Positions 45,827 through 54,509 of a stretch of DNA of 64,000 nt are shown in pieces (position 1 is the stretch's first letter; each line of letters begins with the position of its first letter). The notes under the pieces were generated by a model. That model saw nothing but the letters and a program-made list of their open reading frames with translations, was not told where the DNA came from and ran no database searches. The DNA comes from a virus. Location: positions 17,717 through 81,716 of IMG/VR virus record IMGVR_UViG_3300046690_000279, one strand, 5' to 3'. The position numbers and the translations under genes are program-made.

Positions 45827-46864
45827 ATGACCGACCGTAACGACGTGAACACGGACCAGGGCAAGACTGCGATTGACCAGGCTGAGGCCAACATCGAGCG
45901 CGCTGCCGCCCTGGTCGCGGACGGGAGTGACACCACGGAGCTGGTAGCGGAGCTGCACACGGAGACAGAGGCGCTGATCTCATCCCTCAGCGGCAAGGGC
46001 TCCATCGCCGTTAAGAAGCAACTGCGCGACGCGTGGACCGATGTAACCTCCGCTCCAGCGCCGAAGGCAGAGATCGTGAAGTCTGAGGTCACGGAAGGGG
46101 TCGTAGTCGCCAAAACGTGGGACCAGTACGAAGGCGTGCAGGAACTCGTCACCATGGGTGCCGAGAAGATCGCGGACGGCGTCAAGGCCCATCTGAAGAC
46201 TTCCACGCTGGCGAAGGACGTTGCGGCGTTGGCGCTGGACATGTGGCTGCGCATGCCGAACAAGGCTGGGGCGCCGGACTTGCTCGGCGACACAGACCCC
46301 GCGAAGAAGGCTTCCGGTGAGCTGCTGCGGGAGGCTGGCGAGCACTTCGAGAAGAACTACGACACCGAGACTGCCCTCAAAAAGCTCATGCGCAGCGTGC
46401 AGGACCAGCGGAGCGACGTGCGGGCGGAGTGGCTGCGCTCGCTGGACGAAGAGACTCCGATTGCCCTTGAGCGTCGCGCCATCATGGCGAAGGTGCTAGA
46501 AGGCAAGCCCGATGACGAGCCTGCCTCTAAGTGGGTCGCCAACGTCTACGGGACCAGCACGATCGGCCAGACCGAAAAGCGGCGCCTTGAGTGGGCCGAG
46601 AAGAAGAAGGCGAAGGAGCTTGGCAAGGGCGAAGCCCCCAGCACGGACGGCGACGGCACCGAGGGCGAAGGTGAAAACGCCAGCGCTGAGGCCAGCACCC
46701 CGGACGAGCGTGTCCGCCTGGTCGCTAAGAAGATCTACGCTGACATTCAGCGCGCCAGCGTGGACGACTTCGAAAACGCCAGTGAGGAAACCAAGGAAGA
46801 GATCCGCACGGAGCTGGAAAACGCGCTCGAAGGCCTGCGCGCGATGATCAAAGCCACTATCTGA
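45827..46864 (+). CDS. Putative immunity repressor, short form
   Basis: Homolog of 5469-6509. Confidence 0.55.
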   Translation: MTDRNDVNTDQGKTAIDQAEANIERAAALVADGSDTTELVAELHTETEALISSLSGKGSIAVKKQLRDAWTDVTSAPAPKAEIVKSEVTEGVVVAKTWDQYEGVQELVTMGAEKIADGVKAHLKTSTLAKDVAALALDMWLRMPNKAGAPDLLGDTDPAKKASGELLREAGEHFEKNYDTETALKKLMRSVQDQRSDVRAEWLRSLDEETPIALERRAIMAKVLEGKPDDEPASKWVANVYGTSTIGQTEKRRLEWAEKKKAKELGKGEAPSTDGDGTEGEGENASAEASTPDERVRLVAKKIYADIQRASVDDFENASEETKEEIRTELENALEGLRAMIKATI

Positions 46865-46924
46865 CGCACCATCACACGGGGCCCTGGGAACGAGCCTGGG
46901 GCCCCTTCCCACTAGGAGGGGACC

Positions 46925-47437
46925 ATGGACGAATACACACAGGCACGCAACGCGCTGAATGACGCGTCTGAGGCACTGAACGCGCTGGTCTACGGCCCTG
47001 GGTTCAACTACCTCACGGAAGAGCAGCAGACGGCCGTACAGGGCGCCCTTGATGCCCTGGCAGATAACGGCGCCGCCGTCGAGCCGCAGGCTGCACCCGT
47101 AGAGTTCACGGAAGAGCGCCCGGGGGTTTGGAAGACAGCCACGCCAGCGGACGGCGCCAAGCTCGACTCGCTGATTGATGACGCGCTGGGCAAATTCGGT
47201 ACGTCGCTGGAAGAGCTGCGCGCCGCTACCGCCGAGGAACGCGACGAGACATTCGCCGTGTGCACTGCATGTGGCCGGACGCGCCCCCACTGGACCATGG
47301 CTTCCCGCACTGTCGATGGCTCCCAGCGCTTCGAGTGTTCGCCTAAGTTCGCCCTGCACTGCGCGGACTGCTGCAAGCCTGGCGAGTACCTGACGCACTA
47401 CACGTACGAGGAGCACGAGGGGCATACGCTGTCCTAG
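46925..47437 (+). CDS. Hypothetical protein with a B-specific C-terminal Cys/His domain
   Basis: Homolog of 6570 plus a CTAC/CADCC tail. Confidence 0.7.
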   Translation: MDEYTQARNALNDASEALNALVYGPGFNYLTEEQQTAVQGALDALADNGAAVEPQAAPVEFTEERPGVWKTATPADGAKLDSLIDDALGKFGTSLEELRAATAEERDETFAVCTACGRTRPHWTMASRTVDGSQRFECSPKFALHCADCCKPGEYLTHYTYEEHEGHTLS

Positions 47438-47589
47438 GCGCCCGCGTAGCGCCCTTACAGCCCCAGTAGGCCTCCCTGGTCCACTGGGGCTTTTCCATGC
47501 GCTCACGCGGCCGTACAGGGCTTCCGGCGTAGCCAGTGACGAACAGCGCGAAGGCTGACAGCGCAAAGACCCACCCTGACCAGCAACAA

Positions 47590-47682
47590 GTGATGAAGTG
47601 ACGATTTAGCCCTACTTCTCAGAATCACATAAGAAAACCTATAGGGATTCCAGAAGCGACCTTCAAATCGTCACTACGTCAC
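47590..47682. repeat. Nested inverted-repeat element, B allele copy 2
   Basis: Syntenic with 7060; core identical to the 23839 copy. Confidence 0.7.
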
Positions 47683-47684
47683 CA

Positions 47685-47700
47685 GGCCGCTCGCCCGATC
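47685..47700 (+). promoter_or_regulatory. B-type motif (variant)
   Basis: GGCCGCTCGCCCGATC. Confidence 0.6.
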
Positions 47701-47738
47701 TACCCCTCTCGACAGACACACCAACGAGAGGGGCCACC

Positions 47739-48569
47739 GTGGCTATCCGCACGGTCCATAAGAGCGGCGGGCGCTTTTACTTCAATGAGGATTTCCCGGA
47801 TATCAAGTATCCGGGCGTGACTTCCGTCGTCGGCATGCTGCCTAAGCCGTTCCTGGCGTACTGGCAAGCGAAGATGGTCGCCGAATTGGCCGTTGACTCG
47901 CTGGACTTCATACAGCAGATGGCGGACCGGGACCGGGACGGCGCTGTGCAGTACCTAAAGGGCGCCGCCAACCGATACACGAAGGTTCGCGCCAACGTCG
48001 GCAGCGACGCACACGATCTGTTCGAGCGGATGATCAGGGGCCAGCACATCGGCCGTGTACACCCGGACATGGCGCCGTACCAGCGCAACTTCGGCGCGTT
48101 CTTGGACGAAGTGCAGCCCGAGCTTGTGCGCGCTGAGGATGTGGCCTGGTCCGATGAGTACCGCTACGCAGGGTCCTTTGATGGCATCCTGCGCCTGCGA
48201 CTCGACGAGCGCGGAAAGCCTGCGAAGCATGGTGAGCCCGCCCTTGTGATGGCCGACTGGAAGACTTCCAAGAGCACCTACCCGGACGTGGCCCTACAGA
48301 TGTCCGCTTACGCCCATGCGGAGCACATCATCAGCCCGGACGGCACCCGCACGGACATGCCTGACTTTGATGGCGCTGTGGTCCTGCACATCACCCCGGA
48401 TCAGGCAGCGTTCAAGCCTGTGCGCATCGACCGGGCGGACGTGTTCATGCACTTCCTGCACCTGCGCGAAACCTTCGAGTGGGTCAACCGCGTGAGCAAG
48501 ACCGTGCTGGGCGATCCGATTTGGTCGACGGACGGCGCGCTTGTTACCGGCACTCAGCGAAGGGCGTGA
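47739..48569 (+). CDS. PD-(D/E)XK exonuclease
   Basis: Homolog of 7208. Confidence 0.75.
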   Translation: MAIRTVHKSGGRFYFNEDFPDIKYPGVTSVVGMLPKPFLAYWQAKMVAELAVDSLDFIQQMADRDRDGAVQYLKGAANRYTKVRANVGSDAHDLFERMIRGQHIGRVHPDMAPYQRNFGAFLDEVQPELVRAEDVAWSDEYRYAGSFDGILRLRLDERGKPAKHGEPALVMADWKTSKSTYPDVALQMSAYAHAEHIISPDGTRTDMPDFDGAVVLHITPDQAAFKPVRIDRADVFMHFLHLRETFEWVNRVSKTVLGDPIWSTDGALVTGTQRRA

Positions 48570-48573
48570 GCGC

Positions 48574-48714
48574 ATGAGGTACCTACCCGTTGTCGTTGTC
48601 GCCGTCATGCTGGCCGTAAGCATCTGGGCGCGTGTTGATGCCCCTTGCTCGACCTTCCGCTACTCATCCGTTCAGCACGTTCCCGCGCGCTGCGTTCAGG
48701 GGGTGTTCAAGTGA
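48574..48714 (+). CDS. 46-aa membrane/secreted peptide (B-specific)
   Basis: Hydrophobic N-terminus; two Cys. Confidence 0.5.
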   Translation: MRYLPVVVVAVMLAVSIWARVDAPCSTFRYSSVQHVPARCVQGVFK

Positions 48715-48815
48715 CGCTCGCTGATGTGCTGTCTAGCCCCTGGTTTTGGGCCTTCGTGCCCCTGTGGCTGGTTGCCGTTGTCCTGTTCGCTGCCTGGCTC
48801 GACGGCGACCTGTAA
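48711..48815 (+). CDS. Small membrane peptide
   Basis: Homolog of 8131. Confidence 0.65.
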   Translation: MTLADVLSSPWFWAFVPLWLVAVVLFAAWLDGDL

Positions 48816-48820
48816 GCGCG

Positions 48821-48836
48821 GGCCGTTCACCCGATC
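48821..48836 (+). promoter_or_regulatory. B-type motif
   Basis: Exact consensus, upstream of the RDF. Confidence 0.7.
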
Positions 48837-48952
48837 TACAACCAGCGAAGGGGGACGGGCGGCAGGAACGGTCAACAGACGCGCATGGCGCCATGGCCAC
48901 AACCCCGCCCGTTCCCTTTCCCGGAATTCAGACAATCTCAGAAGGAGAGAGC

Positions 48953-49681
48953 ATGGCTCTTCGCATTTTCGATACGGACCCTGACGCTAAGCCCGTTCAG
49001 CGCGTCCAGACCACAACGTACGAGCGCGCTGTGTTTCAGCTCCGCACGGGCATGCAGGTGCCGGACGAGCGCAACCCGCGCAAGATGAAGGGCATTAGCC
49101 TCCCCAATTGGCGCGTGGTGACCGACGACGAGCGCATAGCGGACGGGCTCGCGGAACTGTTCGGCGGCAAGGCCGAGGAATTCGACCCGACTAAGAACAT
49201 GCCTTGGCACGTCCTTACGGACACCAACGCCATTGAGGTTGTCATCAATGGCAGCAAGGCCGTTGAGGACAAGTTGGTTCAGTGGGGCGGGGTCGGCGGT
49301 CCGGTACACGAGTGCGACGGCGTTAACTCGCTCCTTCCGGAGGACCAGGGCGCGCCGTGTGGTTGCCCTCCCACCCTTAAGGAGCGCAAGGAGCGGGCCA
49401 GTAAGAACCGTGGCCCTAAGCCGAGCATCAATATCGAATTCACGCTCGCGGGTGTGGGCGAGGATCTCGGCAAGGGCAAGCTGATTGCTACTGCCTGGTC
49501 TCTCGCTGAGGTTGTCCACGAAGTCAAGGATGCGCTTGACGCTGTCGACGGCCCCGCGCTGTGTCGGCTTGAGATCGAACACGTTGAGTACGTGAGCAAG
49601 ATCCACGGGCCTGTGTCGTACTACTGGCCCAAGGTTGTTGTCCTCGGCAGCTACAACGATGCCATCGCTGAAGAGCGGTAA
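48953..49681 (+). CDS. Recombination directionality factor, gp3-like, allele B
   Basis: HECDG, PCGCP and SYNDAI. Confidence 0.8.
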   Translation: MALRIFDTDPDAKPVQRVQTTTYERAVFQLRTGMQVPDERNPRKMKGISLPNWRVVTDDERIADGLAELFGGKAEEFDPTKNMPWHVLTDTNAIEVVINGSKAVEDKLVQWGGVGGPVHECDGVNSLLPEDQGAPCGCPPTLKERKERASKNRGPKPSINIEFTLAGVGEDLGKGKLIATAWSLAEVVHEVKDALDAVDGPALCRLEIEHVEYVSKIHGPVSYYWPKVVVLGSYNDAIAEER

Positions 49682-49690
49682 GGCTGCGCC

Positions 49691-49876
49691 GTGCCCCTGA
49701 ACAACACTCAGCGGGCGGAGTTGGCCAGGTTGCTAGGTAGGGCTACTGACGAAACGGTGGCGCTACCACTCTGGCGATTCCTACCCGCATACCGTTCCGC
49801 TGTTCTGTCCGAGCGGCGCAAGCGCCACATTCTTCAAAACGACCCTGAGCCTTCGGGCGATTCCGAATACAGTTAG
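49691..49876 (+). CDS. Hypothetical protein
   Basis: Homolog of 9125. Confidence 0.6.
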   Translation: MPLNNTQRAELARLLGRATDETVALPLWRFLPAYRSAVLSERRKRHILQNDPEPSGDSEYS

Positions 49877-49889
49877 GAGAGCGAAGCAC

Positions 49890-50177
49890 ATGGCCCTTTA
49901 CGAGGTTATCCGTACCGACGAGCCGAAGGCTGGCGAGTTCGTTTCCGCGTTCGTCATCGCCGGTGGTGCTGCGCAGGCTCGTAACGCTGTGGCGCACCTG
50001 GCGGGTGTGGTGGCTACCGGCAAGCGGACGAACATTCTCGCTGGCAAGGTCGACACCACGAAGCGAGTTCAGATCATCAGCATCTACGACGACGAGCGCG
50101 CCCCCGATGCTGCCGCTGAGCATGTCACCGCGTACCCGGAGGCTATCTCGCTCTTCGGCGTGAACGACTCCGCCTGA
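49890..50177 (+). CDS. Hypothetical protein
   Basis: Homolog of 9324. Confidence 0.75.
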   Translation: MALYEVIRTDEPKAGEFVSAFVIAGGAAQARNAVAHLAGVVATGKRTNILAGKVDTTKRVQIISIYDDERAPDAAAEHVTAYPEAISLFGVNDSA

Positions 50178-50256
50178 GCCACTTGCCCGGGACTTCCGCA
50201 CTGCGCGGAGGTTCCGGGCTTTAGGTGGTAGCGAAGCAAGGAGAGAGGCTACGCCG

Positions 50257-50613
50257 ATGGCTTTCATCTTTACCCCCGAACACGACGCGAGGAGAGAAAA
50301 CGTGGCTGCATTCAAGGCTGGCGATAAAGTCAAGTACCGGGGCATGGTGATGCCCGCTGAGGTGCTGTCCGGACCGCACCAGTCCAACGGCCGTAACCGC
50401 TACCTGATTACCAAGGCCGACGGCAACGTATCGCTGGTCCCGGTCACCGACCTTGAGCGGGTTGTGACGCGCATCGACCAGGTGGCGGGAACGCTGTCCA
50501 TGGTCCTGTACGGCCGCTCGTTCGTGTCGCTCCCGCGCGACACTCAGTTGCAGGTGGCGCAGGCTGCTGCCCGCGCAATCGCCATCGCTGACAGCACGAA
50601 GGGCCAGGCGTAG
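50257..50613 (+). CDS. Hypothetical protein, SH3/KOW-like
   Basis: Homolog of 9673. Confidence 0.7.
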   Translation: MAFIFTPEHDARRENVAAFKAGDKVKYRGMVMPAEVLSGPHQSNGRNRYLITKADGNVSLVPVTDLERVVTRIDQVAGTLSMVLYGRSFVSLPRDTQLQVAQAAARAIAIADSTKGQA

Positions 50614-50616
50614 CGC

Positions 50617-50904
50617 ATGGGCAAGCGAGGAGTAGTCACCGACTACGCAGGCGAGGAACTCTACGCAGGCGACCTGATCAGCTTCGCTACGCGGCACGCT
50701 AACCGAGTCCGCATGACCGATGCCGTGGTGCTGGACGTCACGACGAAGTCTGTGGGTGGCCGCCTGGTGCCCACGCTGATGGTGCAGCCCACGGGCCGTG
50801 ACAGCGGATGGGGGCTGGGGGCTCGTAAGACGCTTCGGCCGGTTGAGGTCAGCGCAGAGCATGTGCGCCTGGTCACCCCGGACTTTGCTTCGCAGGGTTC
50901 CTAG
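50617..50904 (+). CDS. Hypothetical protein
   Basis: Homolog of 10033. Confidence 0.75.
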   Translation: MGKRGVVTDYAGEELYAGDLISFATRHANRVRMTDAVVLDVTTKSVGGRLVPTLMVQPTGRDSGWGLGARKTLRPVEVSAEHVRLVTPDFASQGS

Positions 50905-50953
50905 CGGAAGAGGGGTCAGTGCTCGCGCGCTGGCCCCTTTTTGCGTCAGACCA

Positions 50954-50971
50954 CATACGGATATCCGGAGG
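50954..50971. promoter_or_regulatory. Operator/RBS variant
   Basis: CATACGGATATCCGGAGG. Confidence 0.7.
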
Positions 50972-50979
50972 TGCCCCCT

Positions 50980-51150
50980 GTGACCATTTCTGCTGCATCG
51001 GCTCCCGCGATGGGGGATGTACGGGCAGCGCGATACGGAACAACCATATGGATCTTCCGGGACGCTGAACGGCGCCCCGACTGGTCCCGTTATCTCGATG
51101 CGCTCATGGCCGCCCTTGCGCGGGGCGCTGACGTTAGGTGGGTGCGCTGA
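50980..51150 (+). CDS. Hypothetical protein
   Basis: Homolog of 10407. Confidence 0.65.
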   Translation: MTISAASAPAMGDVRAARYGTTIWIFRDAERRPDWSRYLDALMAALARGADVRWVR

Positions 51151-51359
51151 TGCTTAGGCAGACACACATATGGGCCGGGGCCCTTCGAGAGCAAGTGTGG
51201 AGACTGCGGCACACAACTGTCTGGTCCGGGAAGCGCGCCATTCGGACGCTGCACAACGTCACTGAGATGGCGAATGAGCCGATGCACTGGCGCCGACTGA
51301 TCTCCCGTCCGGGCTGGTTCATCGCGTTCGTCAGGTACGAGCCAAGGAAGGGGCGGTAG
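51150..51359 (+). CDS. B-specific basic protein
   Basis: TGATG coupling. Confidence 0.5.
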   Translation: MLRQTHIWAGALREQVWRLRHTTVWSGKRAIRTLHNVTEMANEPMHWRRLISRPGWFIAFVRYEPRKGR

Positions 51360-51361
51360 CC

Positions 51362-51787
51362 GTGCACCAGGTCTGTCGACTATGCGGGCGGGGAAAGCCC
51401 GTTTCTCAGTTCCTCGCTGGTAAGGCCCAGAAGCCGTCTTCGACGTGCAGTACATGCCGCCGCAAGGCTCAGCAGCAGCACATCAAGAATTTCTACCGCC
51501 GGTTGCCGCCGGACAAGCGCCATGAGCTAACCCACAAGCGGCGCGCGGAGTCCTACGGCGTCGAGCATGTCCCCTACAGCCGTACGGCAATCCTGGCTCG
51601 CTGGCGGCATCGCTGCGCCTACTGCAACGGCATTGCTACGCACCTTGACCACGTCCACCCGCTGAGCAAGGGCGGGGCAGACGCCGAACACAACATCGTT
51701 CCCGCATGCGCCCCGTGCAACCTGAGCAAGGGCGCTAAGACGCTGGCTGAGTGGGCAGCGACGTTCACCTACGAACCCCCTTTCTGA
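51362..51787 (+). CDS. HNH endonuclease
   Basis: Homolog of 10636. Confidence 0.85.
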   Translation: MHQVCRLCGRGKPVSQFLAGKAQKPSSTCSTCRRKAQQQHIKNFYRRLPPDKRHELTHKRRAESYGVEHVPYSRTAILARWRHRCAYCNGIATHLDHVHPLSKGGADAEHNIVPACAPCNLSKGAKTLAEWAATFTYEPPF

Positions 51788-51798
51788 CGGGAGGTCGC

Positions 51799-51936
51799 AT
51801 GCTTCGCAAGAGTCGGACGCTGGGTTGGGAGGCATGCGCGTGCAGCGGGTGTTACGACCGGAAGCGAGACAAGCGTCTGTGGCGCCGGATAGCACGCCGG
51901 AAGGAAGAGCGGGCATGGCGCGCTGAGTGGCTGTAG
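51799..51936 (+). CDS. B-specific small Arg-rich CxCxxC protein
   Basis: RBS GGAGG. Confidence 0.55.
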   Translation: MLRKSRTLGWEACACSGCYDRKRDKRLWRRIARRKEERAWRAEWL

Positions 51937-51941
51937 CCCGG

Positions 51942-51957
51942 GGCCGTTCACCCGATC
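51942..51957 (+). promoter_or_regulatory. B-type motif
   Basis: Upstream of the primase. Confidence 0.7.
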
Positions 51958-51989
51958 CACCATCAGCGAACCCCGAGAAAGGGCAGAAA

Positions 51990-54434
51990 ATGCAGTTCGT
52001 AGAGTTCCTCGCACGGTTCGCTGAGGTGACTGAGCAGGATGACGGGGGTTACCTCGCGGTGTGTCCGGCACACAGTGACTCCCGTCCAAGCCTGCGCATT
52101 TGGCGGGGCGACGACAACAAGGTGCGGCTCACCTGCCGCGCTGGCTGTGACACCAACCTGGTCCGCGTGGCCGCTGGGCTCGCATGGGCCGATCTGTTCA
52201 ACGCTGAGGGCGACGGCGCCACCGTTCCGAAGGAGCGCCCTGCCATGGTCGGCATTGCCCACATCGCTGGCCTACAGAGCTACGTCGACATTGCTGGGCA
52301 GAATCTGCGCGGTAGCGGGTCCCGCAACGCAGACCATGCAGCGCGCTATGCGGCACACAGGTTCGGCGTCACCCCGGGCATGTTCGAGGATCTTGAGCTT
52401 GGGCTCAGCGACGACGACACGCGGGCCACGTTCCCGTACCTGAGTCGCGCGTTCCTGGCTTACCCCAGGCTCGTCGTCCCCCTGTGTGACTTTGACGGCA
52501 CGGTGCGCGGGTTGCAGGGGCGCGACCTTACCGGCTTGTGCCCGGGGCGCTGGGTATCGCTGTCCAACCCTCAGGGGCACCGCTGGGCCCCGTACGGCGT
52601 CTTTCGTGGGCAGGGTGGCTACGGGGTCACGCTCATCACTGAGGGGCCTGGGGACGGGCTCACGGCGGTTGCGGTGGGCTACGACGTGGTTATGGTCCGG
52701 GGCGCTGCGCTTGCAGGCTCGCCCGAGTTGCTGGCCGAGATTGCCGAAGGCGTGCGCGGCACACAGGTAATCGCCTGCGGTGACGCCGACAAGTCGGGGC
52801 AGGACTTCAACCGCAAGTTGGCCGATGGCCTTAAGCCGTTCGGCATCGACGTGTACGCGCTGGCGCTCCCCGCCGCCCTGCCCAGTAAGGGCGACCTTAC
52901 TGACTGGCGCGCGCTTGACCCTGCTGGCTTCGCTGGCTCGCTGCACAACGCCGTCAAGGCTGCGCGACCTGTAGCCAAGCCCGAAGAGGCACGGCGCGAG
53001 GCAGTCAGCGTTGAGCTGAACGAAGCTACCGGCGCGGACACAGTCAGCCGTGACCAGGGCGCGGAGGCTGGGCGCATCCTGGCTTCGCTGATAGAGCGCT
53101 ACGGCGAGTCTGACGCGATGAACGCTCACGCGCTGGTTGCTTGGACGGACGGCCGGATCAAGTACGCACCTGGGCTAGGTTTCTACGTGTGGAACGGCCG
53201 CACCTGGGAGCGCTCGGAAGTCAAGGTGCGTCAGGAAATCCACCGCATGGGCGCTGCGCTGGTGCTCGCTGGAAAGCTGCAAGAGTCCAAGGGTTTCACC
53301 ATGACCACGCGCATAGACGCGCTCATGACGGAACTGCGCAGTGTGCCCAGCGTGTACGTGGCAGTGCATGACTTTGACAACCGGCCCGATCTGCTGAGCT
53401 TCCGCAATGGCACCGTGGAACTGCGCACGGGTCGCCTGCGTCCGCATGCGAAGCAAGACATGCTCACGTATTGCCTGGCGCTGGACTACGACGCAGATGC
53501 GCAGTGCCCACGCTGGGAAGCATTCCTGCAAGAGATCATGCCTGGCATGCCAGAGATGCCCGCCTATCTGCAACGCCTCATTGGCTATGGCATCACCGGC
53601 AACACGGGTGAGCAGTGCTTCGCTGTGCTGTGGGGCAAGGGCGCCAACGGTAAATCTGTCCTCACGGAGACGCTGTCCAGCGTGTTCGGTGACGTAACGA
53701 AGACAACCCCCTTTGCGACATTCGAAGAAAAGCAGTCCGGCGGCATTCCTAACGATATTGCTGCGCTGCGCGGTGCGCGCCTGGTCATGGCTTCTGAGGG
53801 CGAATCGGGCAAGCCAATGAGCGAGGCAGTGTTGAAGCGGGTCACCGGTAAGGACATTGTCAGCGCACGGTTCCTGCGGCAAGAGTTCTTTGAGTTCAAG
53901 CCGTCATTTCTGCTGATGCTGGCCACCAACCACAAGCCGAAGTTTCGTGGGCAGGATGACGGTTTGTGGCGCAGGGTGAAGATGATCCCGTTCAAGCGCT
54001 TCTTTGCGCCCCATGAGCGTGACCACGACCTTGACGGGAAACTCCGCGCGGAGGCGCAGGGCATCGCAGCGTGGACAGTGCGGGGCGCTGTCGATTGGTA
54101 CGCGAACGGGCTGCGCGACCCTGAGGTAATTACCAGCGCATCGCGCGAGTATCGCGAAACGTCTGACGCGCTGGTCGGTTTCTTCCCCGGGGTATTCGAG
54201 CGGGACGAGTCGCACAGTGTGCCCGGGGCGGACGCGTACAACGCCTACCGCGAGTGGTGTGAGGCCGAGGGTCTCCCGTCCAAAGAAGTCTGGACGCGCC
54301 GCAGTTTCTATGACGCGATGGAAGAGCGCCAGGTGTCTCGTAAGAAGACGAACAAGGGGATCACGCTGGTGGGTATCCGCCCCGCCGACGCTGCCACGAA
54401 GGCTACGGGTCCGGGCATCTTCGCTCAGGACTGA
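51990..54434 (+). CDS. DNA primase-helicase
   Basis: Homolog of 11103. Confidence 0.9.
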   Translation: MQFVEFLARFAEVTEQDDGGYLAVCPAHSDSRPSLRIWRGDDNKVRLTCRAGCDTNLVRVAAGLAWADLFNAEGDGATVPKERPAMVGIAHIAGLQSYVDIAGQNLRGSGSRNADHAARYAAHRFGVTPGMFEDLELGLSDDDTRATFPYLSRAFLAYPRLVVPLCDFDGTVRGLQGRDLTGLCPGRWVSLSNPQGHRWAPYGVFRGQGGYGVTLITEGPGDGLTAVAVGYDVVMVRGAALAGSPELLAEIAEGVRGTQVIACGDADKSGQDFNRKLADGLKPFGIDVYALALPAALPSKGDLTDWRALDPAGFAGSLHNAVKAARPVAKPEEARREAVSVELNEATGADTVSRDQGAEAGRILASLIERYGESDAMNAHALVAWTDGRIKYAPGLGFYVWNGRTWERSEVKVRQEIHRMGAALVLAGKLQESKGFTMTTRIDALMTELRSVPSVYVAVHDFDNRPDLLSFRNGTVELRTGRLRPHAKQDMLTYCLALDYDADAQCPRWEAFLQEIMPGMPEMPAYLQRLIGYGITGNTGEQCFAVLWGKGANGKSVLTETLSSVFGDVTKTTPFATFEEKQSGGIPNDIAALRGARLVMASEGESGKPMSEAVLKRVTGKDIVSARFLRQEFFEFKPSFLLMLATNHKPKFRGQDDGLWRRVKMIPFKRFFAPHERDHDLDGKLRAEAQGIAAWTVRGAVDWYANGLRDPEVITSASREYRETSDALVGFFPGVFERDESHSVPGADAYNAYREWCEAEGLPSKEVWTRRSFYDAMEERQVSRKKTNKGITLVGIRPADAATKATGPGIFAQD

Positions 54435-54450
54435 CACAAAGACCGTTCGA

Positions 54451-54484
54451 GGGGACCACATACGGATATCCGTATGTGGTCCCT
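54451..54484. promoter_or_regulatory. Operator in a perfect 34-bp palindrome
   Basis: GGGGACCACATACGGATATCCGTATGTGGTCCCC. Confidence 0.75.
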
Positions 54485-54509
54485 TTGCGCTGAACAGAGG
54501 GGCTTCGCA

